DNA from: Candidatus Latescibacterota bacterium | Lineage (GTDB): Bacteria > Latescibacterota > UBA2968 > GCA-2709665 | DNA: 64,000 nucleotides | Assembly (NCBI GenBank): GCA_965222075.1 | Contig: OZ244937.1 | Location: 3,904,001-3,968,000, forward strand | Direction of reading: 5' to 3' | Shown here: one piece after another, positions 28,688-37,097 of the stretch | Numbering within the stretch: position 1 is the first letter of the stretch | Layout: every line of letters starts with the position of its first letter | Position numbers and translations under genes: made by a program | The notes under the pieces: generated by a model | Told to the model about the DNA's origin: nothing | Database searches by the model: none | The model's input: only the letters and a program-made list of their open reading frames with translations

Positions 28688-30754
28688 TCATACTCCGAGG
28701 ATAGGTAACTCAATAACAATTTCAGCGCCACCAAATTCACTGTGCTCAACCGCATCAACTTCCCCTCCGAGATCATTCACCGCATCCCGAACAATTGTAA
28801 GACCAAGTCCTGTTCCGTTCTTTTTGGTTGTGTGACCAGGCAACCAGATATCTTTCTTACTTATCCCCTCAATGCCAGGACCGTTGTCAAGAACTCGAAG
28901 CGTAAAAACATTGCTCTCAACCTCGGTACGGATCAGAATCTTTCTCTTATCCGTGGTCGAACGTTCAAAAGCTGTCAGGCTGTTATTAATCAAATTTGTG
29001 AGGATCGACTCCACGGACGCCTCACTTCCACGCAAATAAGGTGCACCCTTACACAGATGGATATCAACATCGACATCTCGCCCATCAAGAAACGGATTGA
29101 ATGTTTCAATCACACTATCAATAACAGCATGAAGGTCGACACGAGATATTCTGCGCTTTTCATGGTCGACGAGTTTAAGCGTCGCTGCCCCAAGCACTGC
29201 AAGGCTTCCAATAGCTCGAACGATCCCTTTAACTGGTTTCATAAGCAACTTGTCGTATGCATTGCCGAGTTCCTTCTTCGCCCGTCTCTCAATCGCCTTA
29301 ATCGACAATGTGATTATCTTTATTGGGTTGGCATTCGATTCATGTGCAAAGGTTGCAGCCGTAATTCCAGCAGTGCTGAGCGTCCTGTAAAGTTGCACCT
29401 CTTTGTGTAGCTGCTGCACCTCTCGATCCCGCGAACGGTCATAAGCATCCACAGCTTGCTTTAACTCCTCTTGCAAATCCTCAGGTACTTTACTGATAAC
29501 ATCATCGAGATTTATTTTCGATCTGCTTGTTTTCTTAGGAGCAGTGGTACGTTTTTTCGTTCTTCGCTTCTCGGCGACCTCCAACCTTCTTTTAGCCATC
29601 CATTCCATTGTATCTTGAGCAAACGACTTCATCTCGAGAAAAGCATCCGCTTCTATAAATCCGGAGCGGTCCGTCTTCTGAATAAGAAGCTCTTCTATAT
29701 CAAAGACTTTAACACGTCCAATAGCAGTATTGGTACCTGGCCGTTCCTCCGGACTCTGAACCCGACGTAGATTCATATCGAGCCAATCATTTCCAGGGTT
29801 TCCGTAGGGTATCACTCGTAGCCCATTATGATAAAGATGCACTCCACCAAATTCCTGCAGCCATGTCCGTACCTCTCCAAGCGTGGACGACCGAGTCAAG
29901 AAAGTGGACCTGTTTAAGATAAAAACCCAGAGGTCGAACTTGACAGCAGAACATCTATACGGATGTTTTTCACGCGGTACGGTTAGTTCGTCGTGATCCG
30001 CTGAGAACAGTTTCTCCCCTCGCCAGTCCACTACGGATGCTTTAGCTATACCATTTTTATCTACGGAAGCGATTAAGTGATACTCTGCGTCATCAAAGTA
30101 TCGTTTTTGAACTATCTCTTCGAGGTCTGAAAACTCCGGAGCTTTAAGAAGTGGCTTGAAGCCCTCGGGGTCATCCCCAAATGGATCGGCCAATAATATG
30201 AGCTCACGAGCCAATCGTTTAAGGTCCATCCGTCCAATTCGTATTTTCAAATCCTCTAAGTGGATCTCTGTCCCCGATGTACTTCCTTTAGAGCGTCTGC
30301 TCTTCTCAATCCTAAGCTCTACTTCGTCGACATGCTCAACGTTTTCAAAATCCTTCCAGTCAATAAGAAGGTCGTACCGGGTGGTTTTCTCCGCTCCTGG
30401 ATGTGTTGTAAGCAAAGCGGCTGATCCCATACGCAACGCCGCCAGACGACCGAGTCCCTTACTACCTGCTGGAACTCTGCCAAGCCGTGTGCGCTGTCTG
30501 GAGGATTTCTCGGATCGTCCGATAACAAGCCATCCATTTTTAATTTCATCAGCGTCCATTCCGTCGCCGTCGTCGACGACTTGGACAGATCCTCCAGGCT
30601 GGTCAGTATGGATCAATTCTATAGTGCAGGTACGTGCATCCGCATCGTAGGCATTCTTAACGAGCTCTATGATCCCTTTGTCAGGACTTGGATTTAATTC
30701 CTCGCCGAGCCGACGAAGGATATCTGTTACGAATCGTATTTGTACATTGCTCAT
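28688..30754 (-). CDS. MORC/GHKL ATPase fused to a C-terminal histidine kinase (cytoplasmic)
   Basis: N-terminal ELVKNAYDAD, DDGDGM, GSKGLGR, GTEI. C-terminal H-box FAH471E, N-box NLINNS, DNGPGI, GTGLGL. No TM segment. Confidence 0.88.
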   Translation of the reverse strand: MSNVQIRFVTDILRRLGEELNPSPDKGIIELVKNAYDADARTCTIELIHTDQPGGSVQVVDDGDGMDADEIKNGWLVIGRSEKSSRQRTRLGRVPAGSKGLGRLAALRMGSAALLTTHPGAEKTTRYDLLIDWKDFENVEHVDEVELRIEKSRRSKGSTSGTEIHLEDLKIRIGRMDLKRLARELILLADPFGDDPEGFKPLLKAPEFSDLEEIVQKRYFDDAEYHLIASVDKNGIAKASVVDWRGEKLFSADHDELTVPREKHPYRCSAVKFDLWVFILNRSTFLTRSSTLGEVRTWLQEFGGVHLYHNGLRVIPYGNPGNDWLDMNLRRVQSPEERPGTNTAIGRVKVFDIEELLIQKTDRSGFIEADAFLEMKSFAQDTMEWMAKRRLEVAEKRRTKKRTTAPKKTSRSKINLDDVISKVPEDLQEELKQAVDAYDRSRDREVQQLHKEVQLYRTLSTAGITAATFAHESNANPIKIITLSIKAIERRAKKELGNAYDKLLMKPVKGIVRAIGSLAVLGAATLKLVDHEKRRISRVDLHAVIDSVIETFNPFLDGRDVDVDIHLCKGAPYLRGSEASVESILTNLINNSLTAFERSTTDKRKILIRTEVESNVFTLRVLDNGPGIEGISKKDIWLPGHTTKKNGTGLGLTIVRDAVNDLGGEVDAVEHSEFGGAEIVIELPILGV

Positions 30755-32061
30755 TCTTCATCGCTCCACCAGGGTAGATCAGCAAGAGCCGACACAGTCA
30801 AGTGCCGACAACGAATGTATTGATCTAACCATTGGGTTGTCTGTGGCTTCCGAAGAACGCGGAGTAGTTCCCGACAAGCCTTAACGGTTCCGTCTTTTGG
30901 AAGCAAAACAAGCAGATGATTTTCAACCGCCACGGGCCTAGCGTTATTAATAATCGTTCCAAGTGCTCGATGCTTGTCTCCTGGTCTTGAAGTCCGGCGA
31001 ACCACAACGAATGGCGGTGAAAAAACTCGACCCTCAAACCTTCGATTATTTGAAACTTCACGGACCATCTGCCACGGTGGTAGATTACGGGCATGTATGA
31101 ATGGATACCAAGAACCCTGGTGCGGATCTCGATAATCAACTACTGAACCAACACAAACATCAAACCGCTCACCCACGCACTCAGGGGTCACCCTTGTTGG
31201 TTGATTCCACCGAAATCCGCCCGAAACTATTGATTTCTTCTGAATTTCAATATCTAGAACAAATACGTCAACGTCCGCCCACCGATCAAACTGACCGTGA
31301 AGTTGGAGCCGATGTATATATGACCGTGATTCTATGAACTTTCGCCATCTCAAATATCGTGATCCACTTCTGAGTACATCAGGCAATATAGCTACGATCC
31401 GCGTGCCGACATTTGCGTGCAAAATACAGGCTTCCAAGAAGAGCGCCGCTGAGTTTACTTTTCCACTGGACCAGTAACAGCTTTTGGGGGCGTCTACCAA
31501 TCCGAACGGTGGATTTATGACAATGTGGGTTGCTGCTTTGATTGCATCGTGATCTGTCAGCCCACACCTGCTAACAATTTTAGGAAACGTTCTGTGGATT
31601 TGGGGAATAGTACATCCATCAAGTGGAATGTTGTTACGAAAGGCAGCAAGTATGAGTCTTGCCTTAGCGGCCCGAATGAACTCTGGATGAAGGTCGCGCC
31701 CCATAATTTGGGCACCCCAACTTCTCAGAGTAGAAGTGAGATTCTGTTTTTTACTCAACCGCGCAGCGCAGGCAATGAGCAGATCACCCGTACCACATGC
31801 CGGGTCCAAAATGACTGATCGATCATCTAATGTACCTATAAGTGATGCCACGGCAACTTGTGACAATTTTGAGCCCGTGAAAAAAGCCCCTGCTGTCCGC
31901 ATATCTGACAATGAAACAAGCCTGCGAAGTTCATGCGCAGGCTGACCATCCAGTGCGTCATCAATACGCGCAATTATATCTCTATTGTCTAAAGGCTGCA
32001 CCATCTCGGCAATTAAGGTATCGAGATCGTCGAGGTATGGGATGAAATTCTTCACGGACAC
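30751..32061 (-). CDS. Amino (N6-adenine) DNA methyltransferase, gamma-class motif order
   Basis: GAFFT (motif X), ILDPACGTG (motif I), VINPPF (motif IV), C-terminal TRD-like region. GTG start 7 nt after GGAG; the stop overlaps the kinase ATG. Confidence 0.88.
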   Translation of the reverse strand: MSVKNFIPYLDDLDTLIAEMVQPLDNRDIIARIDDALDGQPAHELRRLVSLSDMRTAGAFFTGSKLSQVAVASLIGTLDDRSVILDPACGTGDLLIACAARLSKKQNLTSTLRSWGAQIMGRDLHPEFIRAAKARLILAAFRNNIPLDGCTIPQIHRTFPKIVSRCGLTDHDAIKAATHIVINPPFGLVDAPKSCYWSSGKVNSAALFLEACILHANVGTRIVAILPDVLRSGSRYLRWRKFIESRSYIHRLQLHGQFDRWADVDVFVLDIEIQKKSIVSGGFRWNQPTRVTPECVGERFDVCVGSVVDYRDPHQGSWYPFIHARNLPPWQMVREVSNNRRFEGRVFSPPFVVVRRTSRPGDKHRALGTIINNARPVAVENHLLVLLPKDGTVKACRELLRVLRKPQTTQWLDQYIRCRHLTVSALADLPWWSDEE

Positions 32062-32107
32062 TACATCTCTCCAACTTGCTCTTAGACCGTCTATTTGAAA
32101 CAACCAA

Positions 32108-32156
32108 TACAATATAACTTATTGTAAAATATAGGACAAATAGCAAGTATCGTCAA
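32108..32156 (-). promoter_or_regulatory. Sigma70 promoter plus palindromic operator candidate for the four-gene operon
   Basis: TTGACG (32156-32151)-17 nt-TATATT (32133-32128); perfect inverted repeat TACAATA-taact-TATTGTA at 32108-32126 over the predicted TSS. Confidence 0.65.
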
Positions 32157-32398
32157 GCGGTGATCAATCGAGGCCGGACAAGAACCGACAGAACGATTCT
32201 CCCAATTATAATATACACCAAGGAGATCAGCACCATTAAAATGAATATGGTGCGAGGAAGCCTCCGCAACCCATACATGGGTTTTCCAGGGGGGGCAAGT
32301 AGACAGCGGTCCAGCTCAGCAAGAGCAGAAGTGGCCGTCACGTAAACACTTCCAGCCGAACAACGATCGAACAAACGTCCCGATAAAATGACAGGAAA

Positions 32399-33058
32399 CT
32401 AACCATCCAGCTCAACCGCCCGCCAGAGGTACCAGCTTGCTACGGAGCAATAGGGCCGCCACCGCTGGCCGTAGTCCTGAACTTCAAGCGGGCTGGGCAT
32501 GTCCTCCATATCGTACGTCAGCATAAATCCCTTCCGGACCCCCAGATCGTTCACCGGCAGCACATCGGGGCGGCCGAGTTGAAAGATAAGCATCATCTGC
32601 ACCGTCCATTCACCCACGCCCCGTACCTGGATCAGTTGCGAGATAATCTCATCGTCGTCCATCGGGTTCAGCTTCCGCCGGGGTGGCACAACACCCTCAA
32701 GCGTCTTCAAAGCCAGATCCTTAACCGCAGCCACCTTCGCCCGCGACATCCCCGCCGCGCGCATCGCATCGTCCGGCGTCTTCAGAACCTGCTCGGGCCG
32801 GGGAAATCGCCCCCCGGGAAACAGCGCCAGCACCCGGCTGTAAATCGTCCCTGCCGCCTTCCCGGAAAGCTGCTGGTAGATGATAGCCCGCACCAGCGCC
32901 TGAAACGGGCTCACCCCTGCCCTCATCTTAAGTGTGAATGGTCCCACACGCTCAATAAGCCGCCCCAGGCGTCTATCCGCCCTGGAAAGCGCATCAACCG
33001 CCACGTCAGGGTCGTAGTCAAGCCCCAAAGATCTCCCCCATTTCCGGCACTCGACCAT
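32399..33058 (-). CDS. alkA: DNA-3-methyladenine glycosylase II (AlkA/HhH-GPD family)
   Basis: IIYQQLSGKAA, RGVGEWTVQM, PDVLPVNDLG, WRPY.SVASWYLW. Confidence 0.9.
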   Translation of the reverse strand: MVECRKWGRSLGLDYDPDVAVDALSRADRRLGRLIERVGPFTLKMRAGVSPFQALVRAIIYQQLSGKAAGTIYSRVLALFPGGRFPRPEQVLKTPDDAMRAAGMSRAKVAAVKDLALKTLEGVVPPRRKLNPMDDDEIISQLIQVRGVGEWTVQMMLIFQLGRPDVLPVNDLGVRKGFMLTYDMEDMPSPLEVQDYGQRWRPYCSVASWYLWRAVELDG

Positions 33059-33825
33059 CAGGCCAGCCCGCTCGGCGCCAGCACCAGCCGCTCCGCATTT
33101 TTATAGGCTACCTGCTCCCGCTCCTCCTCCGTAATCTCCGCCGCCGCCAGCAACGCAGGGAACGCCATCGGCTCGTACAGAGGCGAATCCGTACCAAACA
33201 ACACCCGGTCCGCACCCACCTCGCGCACCACCAAACTGATCATACCCGTCCGAATCGCCCGTGCCGTGCCCATATCCGTATAGAGGTTGCCTGTCTTGCA
33301 ATCCTGCAGCGCATCAATCGCCTCATATGTCTGCCCCGGCTGCCCCGCACCGAAATGCGCTGTAATAATCGTAAGCGTCGGAAACCCTTCGGCCAGCCGC
33401 CGCAGACGGCCGGGCGCTGCGTAAGACTCGTTCTCCCCGTGAGACAGAACCGGCAGCCCGAGAGGCTCCAACTTCTCAAACAACCGGAATGAAGATTTGA
33501 TATCCGCCGGATACTTGTGCTGCACCGGATGGATTTTGAACCCCGCAACTTTCGGATGGTCCTTGAACCGCTCCAACAGCTCCAGCGACTCACGCATCTT
33601 CAACGGATTCAACACCAGCCACACGAGCAGATGATCCAGCTTCTCCGCCTGCTGGATGGTCCACCCATTTCCGTACGTCAACTCCGTAAACAGGGCGGAC
33701 CCGGACGTCACCACCGTCCGCTCGATGCCCGCCCGTTCCTGCAACGCCACAAACCCTTCAGCCGTAAACGTCGTAATCTCATCAAACCACGGCCCCAGGT
33801 GGGCATGAGTATCAATATAACGCAT
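33058..33825 (-). CDS. Amidohydrolase_2 family metallo-hydrolase
   Basis: IDTHAH, KIHP, AHFG, LFGTDSP. Confidence 0.88.
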   Translation of the reverse strand: MRYIDTHAHLGPWFDEITTFTAEGFVALQERAGIERTVVTSGSALFTELTYGNGWTIQQAEKLDHLLVWLVLNPLKMRESLELLERFKDHPKVAGFKIHPVQHKYPADIKSSFRLFEKLEPLGLPVLSHGENESYAAPGRLRRLAEGFPTLTIITAHFGAGQPGQTYEAIDALQDCKTGNLYTDMGTARAIRTGMISLVVREVGADRVLFGTDSPLYEPMAFPALLAAAEITEEEREQVAYKNAERLVLAPSGLA

Positions 33826-33852
33826 GGAATTCATCCTCCTGTCGATTAGAAT

Positions 33853-35220
33853 TCAGGGAAGGGTGTGGCCGGGCCAATCTTCAATTCCCACTTGCTCCAC
33901 AGCCTTCCCCACCGCATCGACCAACCCGTCCACGTGGCTGTTCTCCATCGGCAGCGACAGCGCGCTCATAAACAGGTCGTTGCTCGGGAAATACCCCTGC
34001 TCCAGCAGCGCCAAGAACACCCGGTGCGTCATCTCCTTGTCTGCGTGGGCAAGGCTGCGGTAGTTCACCAGCGCTTCGCCAGTAAAGTGAACGCTGAACA
34101 GCGACCCCGTGCCCACCGCCTGCGCGGCGATTCCTTTTCCGGCAAACAGATCGTTCAACCCCTCGCGCAGCCGGTCGCCCAGTCTGTTCAAATGCGCGAA
34201 CGCCTCAGGCGTCAACTGCTTCAACGTCGCAAACCCCGCGGCCATCGCAACGGGATGCCCGCTGAACGTGCCGCTCTGGAAGAACCCTGTGCTTTCCTGC
34301 GACGTGTCCAGCAAATCCATAATATCCGCCCGTCCCCCGAACGCCCCCACCGGGAACCCCCCGCCGATCACCTTGCCGTACGTCGTCAGATCAGGCACGA
34401 TCCCGTAATACTCCTGCAGCCCGCCCATCCCCACCCGGAAGCCCACGATCTCATCGAAAATGAGCAGCACATCGTTCCTCCGGGTCATCTCTCTGACGGC
34501 CCGGACAAACATCTCCTGCGGCGGCAGAATGCCTGCCTTGGGGTCGAAAATCACACAGGCCAGCTCATCCCGGTGCCGGGTCACAAGCCGCCCCACAGAA
34601 TCCTCATCGTTATAGGGCAGAACGATCACTTCCCCGGCCGCGTGTGGCGACATCCCCCCCGCCGTAGGCACGGAATGCGGCTCGGTCTCTGGCCCCGCCA
34701 CCTCTACAGGCGGCTCCACGCTCACCTCAACCACATCGTGGCTGCCGTGATACCCGCCCTCGAACTTGGCAATCTTGGGCCGGCCGCTGACCCCTCGCGC
34801 CAGCCGAATGGCGTGCAGCGTTGCCTCCGTACCCGAGTTACAAAACCGGATCCGATCCAGCGACGCCACCCGGCGGCACATCTCCTCGGCCAGTTCCACC
34901 TCGTTGCCTGCCGGCGCGCTCAGCGCAACCCCCCGCGCCATCTGCGCTTCAACCGCCGCCATCACCGCCGGATGCCGGTGGCCCAGAACCAGCGCCGTGT
35001 GGTGGGTGTTGAAGTCCACAAACCGCCGCCCGTCCACATCGTACAGATAACACCCCTCCCCCCGTTCCATCGTCAGCGGATACGGCCTGTAAAAATAGGC
35101 CCCCTTCACCCCACCTGGCATCACCCTCCCCACCCGCTCGAAAGCCGCTTCAGAACGCGGGCTTCCTGCCCGATACAGGTCCTCCAGCGAGACCTCAGGT
35201 TCTGCCGCCGTCTTTTCCAT
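33853..35220 (-). CDS. Class III PLP aminotransferase, GSA-aminomutase-like (second paralog)
   Basis: FCNSGTEA, KFEGGYHG, FDEIVGFR, YGKVIGGG, QSGTFSGHP. Confidence 0.9.
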   Translation of the reverse strand: MEKTAAEPEVSLEDLYRAGSPRSEAAFERVGRVMPGGVKGAYFYRPYPLTMERGEGCYLYDVDGRRFVDFNTHHTALVLGHRHPAVMAAVEAQMARGVALSAPAGNEVELAEEMCRRVASLDRIRFCNSGTEATLHAIRLARGVSGRPKIAKFEGGYHGSHDVVEVSVEPPVEVAGPETEPHSVPTAGGMSPHAAGEVIVLPYNDEDSVGRLVTRHRDELACVIFDPKAGILPPQEMFVRAVREMTRRNDVLLIFDEIVGFRVGMGGLQEYYGIVPDLTTYGKVIGGGFPVGAFGGRADIMDLLDTSQESTGFFQSGTFSGHPVAMAAGFATLKQLTPEAFAHLNRLGDRLREGLNDLFAGKGIAAQAVGTGSLFSVHFTGEALVNYRSLAHADKEMTHRVFLALLEQGYFPSNDLFMSALSLPMENSHVDGLVDAVGKAVEQVGIEDWPGHTLP

Positions 35221-35310
35221 AGGAATTTCCTCAATTCATTGAGAACCGCTCAAAAACAAGGTGCTCGTACAGAGATGCCGATCCCGCTTCATAGTGGTTC
35301 CGTAGCGTTC

Positions 35311-36123
35311 TTAATGCTGGTCCCGCCGGTCCATAACCTCCGTCGCCCGCAATTCGCGGATCAACTCAATCAGCCCCTCGATGGCCGCCTCTAAGAACTT
35401 CTCCCCTTTCTCTCTGCTGGCCTTCGTCGCATCCCCCATCACCCCGCTTGCCGTCTTCGTGCTCCAGTACGGGGTAAAACTCGCGCTTGACCCTTCCGGA
35501 TGCCCCCCCGCAAGCAGGTCGGACTGGAAGCTGTTCGAAAGGGGCGACCGTTCGTCCACCGCCTTGCTCATATCCACCAGATCCGGCTTCAAAGCCAGAT
35601 AGAGAGACGTCTCATACTCTCCCCCGTGCGATGTCCCCCCGTAATCCGACTCTCTCAGTTCCCTGCCCACCTCCTTCACCTTTCGAAGCCCCCAGTGGTT
35701 GACCGACCCACAAAGGATTTTTCCCTCATATTCGATAATCGATAACCGCGCCGCCAGGTCCAGCGGCGACGTATTGCTCCCGTGGCCGTTCACGACCAGA
35801 ATCCGCTTGAACCCGTGGTAGGCGAGGCTGCAGCAGACATCTTTGACGTATCTAATAAAGGTATCCCACGTAATCGTCAGCGTCCCGTGAAAATCCATGT
35901 GGTGCGGACTGTATCCGTGCGGCACCGGCGGGGCCAGAACCGCCTCGGATGGAATCCGCGCCACGGCCCGATCGCAGATCTCCGTACAGAGCACAACATC
36001 CGTATCCACCGGCAGGTGGGGCCCGTGGTCCTCGTAGGTCGCAACCGGAAGCACGGCGACCCGATCCTGCTCGGCCGCCTCCTTGATCTCGTACCAGATC
36101 ATCTCGGCGAAGCGGTGTTTCAT
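35311..36123 (-). CDS. Creatininase / creatinine amidohydrolase family protein
   Basis: EDHGPHLPVDTD, GYSPHH, NGHGSN, HGGEYETS. Confidence 0.92.
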   Translation of the reverse strand: MKHRFAEMIWYEIKEAAEQDRVAVLPVATYEDHGPHLPVDTDVVLCTEICDRAVARIPSEAVLAPPVPHGYSPHHMDFHGTLTITWDTFIRYVKDVCCSLAYHGFKRILVVNGHGSNTSPLDLAARLSIIEYEGKILCGSVNHWGLRKVKEVGRELRESDYGGTSHGGEYETSLYLALKPDLVDMSKAVDERSPLSNSFQSDLLAGGHPEGSSASFTPYWSTKTASGVMGDATKASREKGEKFLEAAIEGLIELIRELRATEVMDRRDQH

Positions 36124-36140
36124 TTCAATCTCCTTTTCTA

Positions 36141-36230
36141 ATTGTTCGCGGTGGTGGTTTGATCCGGACAAACCCCGCCTGCCTGTCCGACCTGCCGGCC
36201 GGCAAGGCAGGCCACCCGCTCTGCGGGTGG
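36141..36230. repeat. Repeat B copy 2 followed by nested palindromes (REP-like)
   Basis: 36141-36162 equals 17545-17566. GCCTGCCT/AGGCAGGC (36177-36212) encloses the palindrome TGCCGGCCGGCA, followed by hairpin CCACCCGC-tct-GCGGGTGG. Confidence 0.7.
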
Positions 36231-36298
36231 TCGTTGATTGGGCTTTTCGGCTCCTTTCCATCACCCTGCATTCTCGGTTCGCTGTCGACGCCTCCCTC

Positions 36299-37051
36299 CT
36301 ATTGTGTCGCCCCAGATGAAAAGATCGGCTTCAAGATATCCACCGTCGCCCCAATCACATCCTGCCCCTTCATCATCTGGCATTTTGCCTCACCAATTCG
36401 TCCGCCAATCACCTGCCCACGTGCGCGCAGCGCCTCATCCATCCTATCAAAAGCCACCGTACTCCCCATCATCGACGTAAGCAGCACCTCGATTTCCCCA
36501 TGCTCGGGATGGTTCAAAATCACCCGCTTGGGATTCTCCGGACTCCAGTGTTTATGCCGGTCCGGATCGCCTGCATAATCCTCTCCGATATGGATGGTGG
36601 AATTCGCCTGATGGTCCACGCCCAGCAACAAAACCCAGCCCCCCCGCTTAGCCAGCCGGTCTACTGCGCAGTCCTTGCCCAGAGCCCCCCGTTCCAGATC
36701 GTCACATACCAGCGCCTCGGCATCCGGCCCGATCACCGTCACCGCATGGGTAGGATGCAGGCTGCGCACCGCCCCGGGAAACCGCCTCGCGGCCTCCGTG
36801 ATCGCCCCGTTCTTGGAGGGCGACTCCAGCGGATCGAAATACTCCGTCCTGCTGTGCGTAAACGTAGGCACCATAAGCGTCCCCTCCAGCCCCAGCACCT
36901 CCAGAAAGGCCTCGACCACTGCCGAAGCCCCGCCCTCCACATATCCCATACTGGAGAGAGAACTGTGAACCATCACCCCGTCCCCCTCTTCCAGCCCCAT
37001 TGCCCTCAGCCCGGCAGCGATATCCTGCCGGGTAACCGTCTTGGATACCAT
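36299..37051 (-). CDS. AAC(3)-family N-acetyltransferase
   Basis: VMVHSSLSSMG.VEGG, GTLMVPTFT, RSLHPTH, LLLGV..NSTIH.GE. Confidence 0.88.
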   Translation of the reverse strand: MVSKTVTRQDIAAGLRAMGLEEGDGVMVHSSLSSMGYVEGGASAVVEAFLEVLGLEGTLMVPTFTHSRTEYFDPLESPSKNGAITEAARRFPGAVRSLHPTHAVTVIGPDAEALVCDDLERGALGKDCAVDRLAKRGGWVLLLGVDHQANSTIHIGEDYAGDPDRHKHWSPENPKRVILNHPEHGEIEVLLTSMMGSTVAFDRMDEALRARGQVIGGRIGEAKCQMMKGQDVIGATVDILKPIFSSGATQ

Positions 37052-37097
37052 ACCCGATCTCCAATCAACTCCAATCGCCCCAGCCGTGACTATTCTT

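Noticed and set aside
28022-30754. Ordinary environmental two-component system
   Set aside because: No TM or sensor domain, an extra MORC-type ATPase, no HTH output, and coupling to a DNA methyltransferase
32062-32112. TTG start at 32112 for the MTase
   Set aside because: Lies within about 10 nt of the predicted TSS with no RBS; GTG 32061 has a well-spaced GGAG
36299-37051. Bona fide aminoglycoside resistance gene
   Set aside because: Family motifs only; native composition, metabolic context and no mobile element
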